Below, piece after piece: positions 34,013-45,570 of a DNA stretch of 64,000 nt (position 1 is the first letter of the stretch; each line of letters begins with the position of its first letter). Below the pieces are notes generated by a model. That model searched no databases. It was given only the letters and a program-made list of their open reading frames with translations, and was not told the origin of the DNA. The position numbers and the translations under genes were made by a program. Origin of the DNA: Lophium mytilinum (lineage: Eukaryota); contig MU004195.1 in assembly GCA_010093605.1 (NCBI GenBank), positions 558,001 through 622,000 of the forward strand. Direction: 5' to 3'.

Positions 34013-35416
34013 CTATCTGTTTCCCAGAAGGCCTTCCGGGGTTGCGGCTTTGCTCGCGATTGCAGTGAAGCCACCTACCAAACACATGACACCACTAAAA
34101 ACGGACATTTCGAGAAAACCCCCATACCTTGCGACAAAAGCTCCATTGACCGGAGGGCCTATGAGGACTGCAAGAGAAGCAACAGCCATTCCCATTCCCA
34201 TGTACGTGCCAACGTCTCGGGGGTCATTGGTACAAACACTGAAGGCTGCGGAAGCTCCAGAAACTCTTTAAATAATCGTTAGTATATGTCCGTAATGTTT
34301 AGCAGGCCGAATACTCACATCGTCCCAGAAGAAAATCCAAAAGCAATCGAATACACCACCAACGCTGCTGTTGTTTCCGCCTTATTCATACATAGGATAA
34401 CGACGCCGGTCATTATGCCTCCAAGACCGAACATGTTCAGCTTCCCATACTTGTCTGCGAGGATACCTGGAATGATCCGGCCAAACGTAGAGGCCCCGTT
34501 AATAATTGCAAGCAGATACGAAGCAATTGCCGCATCCACCCCTCTAGAAACAGCATATGTCGGAATGAAGAACAGCGGAGTCCACATGCCTAGAAACATG
34601 AAGAACAACGAGACGATTATGAGGACAAAGTTGACCTCCTTGAACGCCGATCCAATAAAGAAGGTACTCGTCCTTGGCGGCAGGCGAGAAGTGATGGCCA
34701 CACATGAGAAGATCAAGAGCGGCAACATTACGAATCCCATAACTCGCACTGTCCAGCCAAATCCCAGCGAAGATTCGTTCAGCAGCTTCGAGAATGCGAT
34801 AGGGAAGACTATACCGCCGACGGAAGATCCGGATACCGCTATTCCCATGGCTGCGGCTCGTTTCTTGTCGAAGTACTGAGAAAGCGAGGCGATACAAGGG
34901 AACATGAGGAACCCCATGACTGTGCCCATTAGCACGCCTTGCGTGAGCATGAACTGCCAGTACCCAGAGCAGAGGCTCAACATCATCACGGCGAAGACGA
35001 AGAGAATGGCTGCAGGCCGGATAATCTGTTTCCAGTTAGTGATCTTGCTTTGCTTATGGAACTACCCGTTCACATACCCATGCGCCATGACGGTCAAACA
35101 GCGGTCCTGATATAACAGCTATTGCGAGCTGAAGGAAGGCCGAGAGGGATCCGATCCAGGCGACGTCATCCGGCGATTTTCCACGGAGCTGATGCGTCAT
35201 GAAATACTCTTGAAAGACGCCGAATGAATTCGCGAAGCCGAGACCGGAGAACCAGATGCAGAAGCTTCCAGCTGCAACAAGCCATGCTCGGAGGCCGCCA
35301 TCCGGTGCTTTGTCGAAGTTGGGAGGTGATTCAGTCCTTTTGGTATTGGAGGTGACGTTTGAGATCTTGCCTCCGCGTTCCCCAAGTTCTTCATATTCGA
35401 GAGTTTCGGATACCAT
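34013..35416 (-). CDS. MFS monocarboxylate porter family (Mch/MCT-like) transporter, 3 exons
   Basis: APDGGLRAWLVAAG, NSFGVFQEYF, WIGSL, GPLFDRHG, YWQFMLTQG, SQYFDKKRAAAMGIAVSGSSVGG, FGRIIPGILADKYG. Confidence 0.92.
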
Positions 35417-35797
35417 ATCGGAATTGGGGAGAGATGTGGTTTTATACAAGGTTCTTCTTGTAAGAGTAATGGAGCGATGGCCGGGTTAATCTAAGGCTGC
35501 ATGGGAAATAGACGCCTACTATATATATGGAAACAACCAAATCCAACATGATCTCGGAAATGAAGATGATACAGCGGATGGCGGACTGTAATTGTCGGTA
35601 TATTCCCGAACTAGCTTAACCCCGTGTTCACATACCTAGCGGCACGCTAGTCAGATCGACCGTCCCAACTGGCGCTCACCCACCTCATCATCTGGCCACC
35701 TCTCTTCGGCTTCTGCATCCTACAAGTAAAAGCCGTTAAGCTTCAACCATATTCAATGCATTTCCCGAACATTTAGTCTCGGTCTTACGAACTGGCC

Positions 35798-38374
35798 ATG
35801 GTGGAACACGAACGTCGGCGCAGAAGGCCGCCTATGTAATTTGGGACACTTCTATCTAAAATATCGTACAATGCTAATATTTGAGAGTTTTATAGTTCAT
35901 GCACTTTGTGCAGGAAACGTAAGATTCGATGTAATCGAGAAGCTCCCTGCAGCAACTGCGTGCGATCTAAGCATGAATCTTGCGTCTATGAAAATCATCA
36001 CGTTGGTCCGCGGCAACACGGGCAATTACTTGATCTAAGTGTGGCCCAAGGGACGAGACAGTCTCAAGAGTCTTTACCTGCTCGCACGACTTCCTGTCCA
36101 GGCGGAGAATCAACGACCGAAAGCGAACCGTCATCATCGATAGTGGCTTCTTCAACAAGTGCCTCAACTCCTGCTAGCCACGCATCTGCTTCCGACATCG
36201 AATTATTGAAGACAAAGATCAAACAGCTCGAAGACCAGCTGTCTCAAGCTACGCAGCACTCAAACCAGTCTCCGACGCTCGCTTCCGACATCGAGACGTT
36301 AGCTTCTACTATCAGTGGAACTTTCAACATTCATCACGAGAACAGTCTCTTTGGCCAAGCGCACATTATGCGCCATACTGTGATGCACAAGGCCCGCCTA
36401 TTTGGGCAGAGCCACTGGATCAATTCCGTCGCGTTGGTAAGTCGAACAACACCTCATACTGTACGCCCTTATGCCATCGTTTAGTCTTATGAACAATTCG
36501 TTGGAGGACCTCATACAGCGGTAAAGGAGTGTAAACAGATAGCGGCATGCCCATCTTCAAGCTGCGAACGTCCGGCTAAGCGATCTCTAGTTCCGAGACG
36601 TCATAGATATGAGCGGAATGATGGAGCCACATCTACGGGAAAATACCTCGAAAGCATTCGTTGGCCTCCAACGGTGCAAAGCGTTAGCAAAACTCATCAA
36701 ATCTCAGCGAGAGCCACCGTGGCCCTCGCCACCGACCTCGAAGGCCGACCTGCCACCAAAAGACCTTGCAGACAAACTAGTCAGCTGCTACCTCCGGACT
36801 ACTGAAACGGTTCATCGAATTTTGCACATTCCTACCTTCATGAAAGACTATGAGGCGGTCTGGATTTCAGAAAAAGAGCCCGATAGCTCATTCCTGGTGC
36901 AGCTCAAGTTGGTTCTTGCCATTGGAGCCACCACGTACGATGAGCAGTTCTCTTTACGCCCTTTGGCTATCAAATGGGTGTATGAGGCCCAAACCTGGTA
37001 CTCAGAGCCAGAGTTCAAGTCGAGGCTAAGTATTCAGTCGCTCCAGACTAACCTCCTGCTCCTACTAGCCCGAGAAACAGCAGGTGTAGGCGGGACTATG
37101 ATTTGGACTTCAGCGGGCGAATTGCTAAGAACAGCAATGCATATGGGCCTACACAGAGATCCTGCGTGTCTGCCAAAAATGTCGGTTTCTGGTACTGAGA
37201 TGCGAAGGAGGCTATGGAATACGATCTTGGAGGTAACGCTGCAGTCTAGCATGAGTTCTGGTGGATCTCCACTTGTCTCTCTTGACGATTTCAATACTGA
37301 ACCTCCACTTAACTTCGATGACGAGGAGCTTGTGGCTGAAAATGCGGTACCAAGGTCTGAAGATGTACTCACGCAGATGTCTATCGCGATAGCTCTTCGC
37401 AAAACACTTCCACTCCGCCTAGCAATCCTGAAGGTTTTGAACGATCTTGGCTCTCGTGGTACGTACGAGGAGACTCTACGCTTAGATACGGAGTTTAGGA
37501 CAGCCTATAGAGCGCTGTGTCAAACCCTTCAAAGATGCAGATTAACCACCGGAAACTCACCCTTTCAATTCGGGATACGCGCAGTCGATTTCATCATGCG
37601 TCGATATCTCTCCTCGCTTCACGTCCCCTTCTTTGGCTCAAAGTTGCACGAATCAACCTATGCGTACTCCAGGAAAGTCATCGTGGACACCTCCCTCCAG
37701 CTCTGGTGTGCAGCGTACCCGTCCTCGTCCAATATCGCGTCTCGGTCTCGCAGTGACGATGATACGACCTCCTCAGACCATGACGATTTTGCACGCTTTG
37801 TCGTCTGTGGATCAGGATTCTTCCGCACCGTCACCATCCAGGCTTGCTTTCTAATAGCAGCGGAGCTCAAGACGCAATTACAGGAGCAGGACAGCTTAGG
37901 CCCGGTACCTTTGCGACCGGACCTTCTTGCCGTAATAGATGATGGGAAAACGTGGTCTTTGCAATGTATGGAAGCTGGAGAGGCCAACATGAAGGGCTAT
38001 CTGCTCACGTGTTTGGCTGCTGCGCATATCGATGGCCTTACGAAGGGGATCGGAAAGGAAAACTTACCAGCATTGTTACTCAAAGCTGCGGAAGAGGCAG
38101 AAGAAAAATGCTTAGTGATATTCGAAGCGACGCTGGGTCAAGGACAGACCGAAACGAGTGTAGATGTGCTTGATGGAATGACATTGGGCACGCCGAGTGG
38201 GCTGATGGACGGCTGGGACTTCATGGTACGTGGAGAACATTGTTGCAAACCTACCTACTTACCCGTCACTTACATTCATTTTAGATGCTAGATGACCAAT
38301 TCAGTTTTGACAATGCAGACTCAATGAGCTGGGGGCTCAACGACGAGACTATCCAAGAGCCATCCCTTTGGTGA
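35798..38374 (+). CDS. Zn(II)2Cys6 transcription factor with fungal TF middle homology region; introns 35836-35895, 36437-36590, 38226-38284
   Basis: SCTLCRKRKIRCNREAPCSNCVRSKHESCVY binuclear cluster and AMHMGLHRDP...EMRRRLWNTILE. Confidence 0.93.
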
Positions 38375-38440
38375 TAGAGAGTATAGTACCATGTTATAAG
38401 TTTGAGCACACGGATCTGTAAACGCGTCATAAACGTCCAG

Positions 38441-38708
38441 CAGAGCTCAGAATTAATCAGCCAATCAATGAATCAATCGGGCCTTTTCGAATTGATTGAG
38501 TTAACAGCTTATTTGGCAGATATCTCCGTTCATTGAATTGACTGAAACCGACAATCATGACTACTTTTTATATGGACAACCGATTCAGTGCTTACGGATT
38601 GATTGATTGAACCAAAGGTTTTCCAGAGGCCGATTCATTGCTTCAATATGCCAAGACTTCAATCACTTCAAATAATCGGTTGACTCTGTTGATTGATTCC
38701 GAGCCCTG
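38441..38708. mobile_element. Non-autonomous hAT-like MITE (268 bp)
   Basis: Left end CAGAGCTCAGAATTAATCAGC matches the reverse complement of the right end, CAGGGCTCGGAATCAATCAAC, at 17/21, and all mismatches are transitions. Many AATCAAT/ATTGATT subterminal motifs. Flanks ACGTCCAG and ACGCCCCAG resemble a decayed 8-bp TSD. Confidence 0.7.
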
Positions 38709-39404
38709 ACGCCCCAGTTTGAGAGGGGTTTTGAGCAGAAACCTGTATACATTTGCAATGATACATTGATGGGCTGATTTGAGGATAGCTGTAATTAAAC
38801 AGCCCTGGAGGATGGCCTTCTCTCTACTCCTAAGGAGGAGGATACTTGTAGTAAAGGAATTGGCTTGTAAAACCGTGGTGATATGGTATATACGGCGATC
38901 TTTTTAATTAGCAGTTAAGAGGTAGTCATCCAGGCGCCTTTTTTGGAAGGAGGGAGGGGAGGTGATATGTAGCAAAGAGGGGAGTGATAATTAGGCTCGT
39001 CCTAACTATATGAATGTGTAATTGTTCGAGGCAACTCACCCTCAGGTTTTGGCGATTCCCGTTCCAGTTTAGCGTGTTTCTCTGCCTTTATGTAATCAAT
39101 CTTTGTACCCTCTCCGAGGGAGGTCGTGCCTCTCTAAAACTCCGCCACCCCTTCGTGCCACATTACCCTTGTGCCCCTTCCTTCACGTTTCAAATTGAAA
39201 ACACTACCAACCAGCCCCACGTAGTTCAGCTGAACCGACCTGATGGATTCGATACCGGGGGCTGGTTTCGAGTTCTAGTGGAAGTATCGGGAGTGGCGGG
39301 AGGCGCAGGCGGCACAGTAGGTGCCCTGGTGCCCAGAACTTGGACAGACTTCCCTTTCAACTCCACCGAGATTGCTTATAGCTTTTTTGTTCTACTCCGT
39401 CATC

Positions 39405-41054
39405 ATGAAACTTCATCTCGCGTTTTGTTCCAGTCTTTTCGCTGCGACGGTCATCGCCAGGGACGTGGCTCAGAGTCCCATAGACCTGCACAGCACCGAA
39501 GATCGACAGGACGGGCGCAAGAGGATAGCGATTGTCGGGGGAGGCATCGCTGCAGCGTCGCTGGCCTACTCACTGTATGCCAAACATGGCTACAGTCTAC
39601 CAATGGACCTTACCATCTACGAGGCAGCTGCTCGGGTCGGCGGCCGCGTAAACTCAACTCTCGTCGACAACTTGGCCTCCACGTATGGGGGCTTTGTCGA
39701 CACTGGGGCAAGCAAATTCTCCTCCGACGACTGGTGCTTGCAGGATGCGATCGATAACGCAGGACTACGCCGAGAAGTCTACGAGGGAGTGCCGTATTAT
39801 CAGCAGTCGCTCACGGCTGGTGTTTGGGATGGTCAAACCTTCGTCATACATCGAGATCGCGATCTCAAGTCACGGACTCAGCTAGATTTCGCCCGAGATA
39901 TACTAAAGTACGGATTTTCAGCGCGGAAGCTACAGAAGTTTATTCATGACAAGCTTCCGCTCTTTCACGTTCTATATGGCAACACTCAAAATCCAGATCC
40001 AAATCCAAATCTCCCTGATGCCATTCGGCGACTTGGCCTGGAGGAAGAAAGTAGAAGACCTGCCGACGAATATTTGATGGGGATTGGGGTACCACCGGAG
40101 ATCATACACGACATAATACAACCTACTGTTCGAGCTCTATTTGCGCATAACCTAAGCAACATTAATGCAGTGTCCGCTCTCATAGCAATGAATCCCGCTA
40201 CAACATATCGACTGAAAAGCAAGCCTAGAGGGAATTTAGAGCTTGTATCTCGACTTATCCGGCTATCGGAGGCACGAACACTACTAAAGTCGCCTGTCTC
40301 TAAAATCAGCAGATCCAGCAACGGAAAATATACCATTGTAGTATCAGACACCGATCCGCTAGCAGCCTCAGGGACGAAAGGCAACGACGGACATAATACC
40401 AAAGCAAATGATGAATACGACGCCGTAGTTATTGCGACACATTTGCATGGAGCCGGCATAGAACTTGACTTTCCAGCACCACTCCTGTCGACACCCGACT
40501 TCGTGGAGAGACATGTCACACATTTCAGCACTCGACAGGGACTTCGGCTTTCACCGAGCTTTTTCAACCTCACTTCTGCAGACGAGATACCGGATTTAAT
40601 CCTCACAACCTCGGGGTCACGAATTTGCAACGAAACCGACATTTTCACAATAGAGCATTATGACACCTACGATGGATTTCACGGCGATGTGATAGACCGG
40701 ATACATATCTTCAAAATTATATCATCGGGGCCTGTTTCAGACTCCATAATTTGCCATATGCTCGGAATATCTCCAGACAGCTTGTTGCAATTACCAAACA
40801 GCTTGTTGGATTTACAATCATCAGGAGTCAAATGGGTTAATCGTCAAATATGGCCCATGGCTTCGCTCAAGCATACCAGGGGCCCTCAACTTGACCACGT
40901 TGAAATCGCAGATGGCGTATTCTACACGGGAGTGTCAGATGAACTACTGAGTTCTATGGAAATGAGCTGCCGAATGGGACGCCAAGTTGCCCATATGGTA
41001 TACCCGAAGCTTAGCCCCCCGATGGGCCCGATGGGCTTTGCAGGTCGTTTGTGA
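39405..41054 (+). CDS. Prenylcysteine oxidase/lyase-like secreted FAD-dependent oxidoreductase
   Basis: Signal peptide, RIAIVGGGIAAASLAY and IYEAAARVGGRV FAD-binding motifs, GVWDG, EYDAVVIAT, and C-terminal SSMEMSCRMGRQVA. Confidence 0.8.
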   Translation: MKLHLAFCSSLFAATVIARDVAQSPIDLHSTEDRQDGRKRIAIVGGGIAAASLAYSLYAKHGYSLPMDLTIYEAAARVGGRVNSTLVDNLASTYGGFVDTGASKFSSDDWCLQDAIDNAGLRREVYEGVPYYQQSLTAGVWDGQTFVIHRDRDLKSRTQLDFARDILKYGFSARKLQKFIHDKLPLFHVLYGNTQNPDPNPNLPDAIRRLGLEEESRRPADEYLMGIGVPPEIIHDIIQPTVRALFAHNLSNINAVSALIAMNPATTYRLKSKPRGNLELVSRLIRLSEARTLLKSPVSKISRSSNGKYTIVVSDTDPLAASGTKGNDGHNTKANDEYDAVVIATHLHGAGIELDFPAPLLSTPDFVERHVTHFSTRQGLRLSPSFFNLTSADEIPDLILTTSGSRICNETDIFTIEHYDTYDGFHGDVIDRIHIFKIISSGPVSDSIICHMLGISPDSLLQLPNSLLDLQSSGVKWVNRQIWPMASLKHTRGPQLDHVEIADGVFYTGVSDELLSSMEMSCRMGRQVAHMVYPKLSPPMGPMGFAGRL

Positions 41055-42192
41055 TTTCCTAACAGTAGGAATCTATCACGTCTACACTTCAATCTCTACG
41101 AACCGAGAGTATTTTCCTCGGCAAAGAAGCGCAGATATGGGGATCAACTTCTCAACTCTCAGTATTTGCTCTCATTCCTGGTAAATTGGAGAAACGTTCA
41201 CTTTTGCAGATGATGTTTTTTTGAGGGGCTTTGCTGTAGAAAAGTTCTGAGCAGCCAAGGACTATATCTCCATTTTGAGAAATTGATGTTCTCTCCAGGC
41301 TTTCAACGGTGTAACGAAGTCTCGTACACTTAAAGTGTCTTTAGGTTGTGCCAAGGGCGCATCGACATTACTAATGAGGTGCTCGGCTTTTGGGAAATGA
41401 AAGCAGGATATCTGTACAGTACTAATTCCACATGATTTAGACTCCAGGAACCTTCCAGCTTGATCCCGTGGATTTGTGCCTGAAGCCTGGTGACCTGCAT
41501 CTACCTCGTTAGATGCACAGCATACCGCCCTGCTGGTATCTGTACCAAAAATAGATCAAGTTCCGTGGCAGTTGAAGCAGTTAAGAGGAGTACCTGCTAA
41601 GAGTTGTGAACGTACGAGTGGCGTACGAGCAACGTATGCGGGAGCAGTGCGGCGAGCAAAGAAGCCTTGTGGGGCCGTACAGGAAGTGGCTATGATAATG
41701 CCAGAGACAGCATTTCTGAAACAAAGTCTGACTGTGAGCCTTCACAAGCGCTTTCAATGACAGAGACGTTGAGCGGCACAGGAGTCTCCGTGCTAAATTT
41801 GATACGGGCGAGGTGTAACCGCTGTCATACGGCGGTCCACTATCTCTGATCATAAGTATGGTATCCAAATCTACACACTGCCACTTTCCTTAGCACTTTC
41901 GCCTCACGGCGCAGACTTTTCAAAGAGTCAGACTCGGGGACTCCTTGTCGAGGAGGTTTTGGCCACCATATTTCGACTCCACTTCGACTCCTTCGACCCC
42001 AAGTTGTCCTTGCCGCAATTGGATCCTGGGGGGTCATTTGTTTGTGCCTACGTGGAAGTAAAAGCATATGCTACGAGTACGGTAGATGCCACCTAGCAGG
42101 CATATACAGCAGTGATTTAAAAGAACGTAGCTCGCTAACATCTTTCCATCCTACGGTGTTTGCAGTTATTCTTCCAATATCTATCTTCCATT

Positions 42193-43811
42193 ATGATTCT
42201 CGCTCTTTTCCTTCTCATTCTTCCGGCGCTGGCTTATCCCCGAAGGGGTGCCCCATTCATCAATCGGCGAGATGGCCCCGTTGACCCATTGACAAGTTTC
42301 GTCGGCTATGCCGGGTGCGAAAGCAACAAAGTGTCCGTTCTGAAGCAGACTATGAAGGACGTTATCAGGCTAGCTGACGCAAGCCTTGACTCAATACATG
42401 ACGAACTGATATCAGATGTGTATCCATCACGTAAAAACCAGCAAGTTGACTTCTCGAAACAAGCCGCCATAGAATTCTTTGGTCCGGAGAGCGAAAATGC
42501 CCCTGAGCAGGCTAGAATTTTTGGTATGGCCGATATCTTATTACAATACGACGCACGCTAAAGTGCTTCCAGATACCATGTACAATGCCGCTCAAGCCTA
42601 TCCAGGCTGGGGTTTCGATGACTGGTGGAACAATCGCGGTATTTTCGTTAGCTGTCTCGACGAACACGAAGTTAAACCATGTGAGAATTATGGAGCGTAT
42701 GCATATTACGACCCGGACCACAAATACGACTATCCTTTGCTAGTCTTTTGCGATAAGTTCTTCACCGAATTGAGGTCACTAGACGATGTTATAAAAACGA
42801 TCGATGACAACGCGGATCTGCAACAGAATTGCTTAAATATGAACTCGCGGGCCACAGCTTTTCTGCACGAGCTCACCCATATCGCTTGGGGCACTGCAAA
42901 AGTGTGTCGAGGAGTAAAAGATGACGATGCCTGTGTTGATCACTTCTATATCCTCGGAAATAAACCAGAGAGAGTCTACGGGCCCGGATACGCAAAGCTG
43001 GTAGCCAAAGTCCCATTCGACAAGGATAAGATTTTCATCCCGGCCACAAACAGCGACAACTACGCATACTACGCAGCGTCAAAGTTTATGCAAAAGCGTT
43101 GGAAGCAGTATCCAAAGTACCGCTCGGCGTGGGACCCTAACTTAGACTTTGTGCACAATTGGCACGCGCAGAAGAGTGAGCCTGGGTTCCCGCCAGAGCT
43201 CAAAAACGCAGCTGTCCCCAATCCTGTCGATTATGACGTATTCCAGGAGGGCCCACCTGCGGATTTGAAGAGTGGTGTTTATATTCCCGTGGAATCGTAC
43301 CCGGAGTGGTATCAACCCGTAATCAAAGCCGCACCTGGTAACCCTGTCCCAGATGTTGCGGAGCCTGCCGGTGTGCCAACCTACAACGGTCCAGGAAACG
43401 ATGATATTGTGTGCGAGACGTCAGATGGATCGCCAGAGATCACTGACTGCTACCACGCGTTTGGATCGTTGAAGACGTCTGGGGCCTTGGGAGCATTACA
43501 CGGCGAGAAAGATGGGACTTGGTGGGCAGGTGTAAGTGTCATATCATCCTAGCACCCAGCGAGCGAAGTCTAACGCATATCTTTAGTACGTAGAGTCTTG
43601 TGCTTTGGCAATCTACTACACGGAAAACTGGGGAGATGATTGTAAAATGACGAACAAGGATATCGACGACTATGCGACAGCCATTCTGGAAAAGTGCTCG
43701 AAAGGTGATAAGAATGTGGTTGGCGGTCACGCGTTTATCAAGTTGCCAAATTGCCCGGGGCAAGTCCAGATTTCTCATACTGGGGATGGGCCGCCGCCAC
43801 AGGGCGTTTGA
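42193..43811 (+). CDS. Secreted M35-like (aspzincin) metalloprotease with C-terminal Ecp2/Hce2-like Cys-rich domain; introns 42524-42572 and 43532-43586
   Basis: Signal peptide and dibasic RR site. LVFCDKFF, FLHELTH (HExxH), YG...NSDNYAYYA, then CETSDGSPEITDC...ESCA...DDC...EKC...VGG. Confidence 0.8.
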
Positions 43812-44145
43812 CAGTGAAGTTTCCAGCGCTTTCAATTCACATTACATTCAGAGTTCCAGAAGCCCGTATTCTAGGCTGACGATAAGGACTTCGGATTTTC
43901 AATATTGCTAAGTGACTTGTATGCTAAATAGTATGCAAATAACCGAATTTCAAGCCGTGAGAATGAAAGAGCCATGCACTCCTACCTGCTAGTGGCAGGA
44001 GCTAAGCAGCCGCCCAACGAGACGCTTATTATCAATCTGTAATTGAACCCCCTATGAGCCCTTTGTCTTGACAAGGCCAAGTCCACGGCTAGCGCCTCTG
44101 AAGCGGCGGAAGTCCTATACCGCAAGAAGGTGATACGAGAAGTTT

Positions 44146-45102
44146 TTACGACTTCTCGGCTTCCACCTCCTCCTTCTCTGGAGACTCTCCTTCCTCAACC
44201 TCCTCCACCAAGTCCTCTGCTGAGCATACTGCGCGGACTTTCACAAGAATAAGTCCTGGAATATCCCCAGTGGGATTCTGGACATTATCGTTAAGAGAAT
44301 GGAACGACCGCACCTCCTCATTGAGCCTGAAGAACATCAAGGTAAGCTCAAGCACACGATACTCGATGTATCGCTGCTGTCCCTCGGAAGGAGTAAAGCG
44401 CTCGATAGACGGTACATAGATGAGATCTTTGAGTCCCTTGAACCGAGAGAATCCGTTCGGCTCAATGATACGATCCGATTCTATTGGGTGCCACGCCAAC
44501 TTCTGGACTTTTTCGATCTCCTTAGCTTGAAAGAGATCATTGATAGCACGGTGGCGGTACGTCTCAGTGAGCCTGTAAAGGAAGCCGAAATCGTCATCGG
44601 CGAACTCTGGAGCCAAGCTTCCGTAGAAGTCAGGAGCAAAGCGGCTGGTGGTGAGGAGCGTATCGAGCTTATAGTTGAAGTAGAATGTTCGCTCGACAGG
44701 CTGGCCGTATTTCTCTTCCGCATTCAAAGTCATGGTGTGCCCCCGCTGCTTGGCTAGCTTGAAGGCTTCCTCTCGGGACTCATGGGTCGAGTGGAAGATA
44801 GCGGGGAAGCTGGGAGTGACTCGAGCCTCCTTGTAGCTATAGACTTCGACTACTCGAGGAATGATGTCGTCCATGGTGTGCATCCAGATCTTGACCCGAA
44901 GTTCCGGAGGGAGTTCGTTGAACTTCGGGAACTCGGTTGGGATGATCGTCGGCTCTTCATGGATGGTTAACTCGGCGTCATTCGCCTTAGTAACGGTGGT
45001 TGTGAAGGCGAAGGCGCTGTCCTGGACCTGAGTGGTAGCCCCGAATCCCTTTGCTTCAGTGGCAGAGACGGTGTCGTTGGTCGGAGTTAGGGAAGCAGAC
45101 AT
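44146..45102 (-). CDS. 2EXR domain protein
   Basis: EFPKFNELPPELRVKIWMHTM...PRVVEV...PAIFHSTHESREEA...YFNYKLDTL. Likely ATG at 45102. Confidence 0.8.
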   Translation of the reverse strand: MSASLTPTNDTVSATEAKGFGATTQVQDSAFAFTTTVTKANDAELTIHEEPTIIPTEFPKFNELPPELRVKIWMHTMDDIIPRVVEVYSYKEARVTPSFPAIFHSTHESREEAFKLAKQRGHTMTLNAEEKYGQPVERTFYFNYKLDTLLTTSRFAPDFYGSLAPEFADDDFGFLYRLTETYRHRAINDLFQAKEIEKVQKLAWHPIESDRIIEPNGFSRFKGLKDLIYVPSIERFTPSEGQQRYIEYRVLELTLMFFRLNEEVRSFHSLNDNVQNPTGDIPGLILVKVRAVCSAEDLVEEVEEGESPEKEEVEAEKS

Positions 45103-45570
45103 CTTTTGTGTTGAAGTGGACTCTACGAAAAGATTGTAGAAGAGGGCAAGTAGCAACTGAGTTGAGAAAATGGAGTGTGGTTGTTTTGATGGTGGGAGTC
45201 CAAATTCTGTGGTGGAAGTTGGTTGAAGATGGAATACCGGATCTCTGAGACGCTCTTTATAGGTCTGTGAAATTGTTTTTGGCAGTGAATGAGCGAGGGC
45301 AGCGTTGTGTATGCACGCTACATTCACTGTGTGCCATGTTTCCTTCACATCTTTTTCAGCGGTCTTATACTTACCCAAGGCACCTCTAGCGGTGTGGAGA
45401 GCTTATCAGGTTTCCACATTGATTCCAGGTTTAGTAGACGTCGCATTTTTTACATTGTATTGAGACAAACGTATATCTGGTGGCCACCGCCAGCAGTGGT
45501 AAGCATCGCGCATACTTCAATAATAGTACATGTTATCTCCTGTCACCAGTCCAATCAGCCTGATCTAGTC

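Noticed and set aside
39014..39404. Upstream extensions of the prenylcysteine oxidase ORF (GTG/TTG starts)
   Set aside because: Non-ATG starts from the ORF caller. ATG 39405 gives a clean signal peptide.
41100..42100. Short minus-strand ORFs, possible gene relic
   Set aside because: No recognisable domain or consistent frame could be reconstructed by eye.
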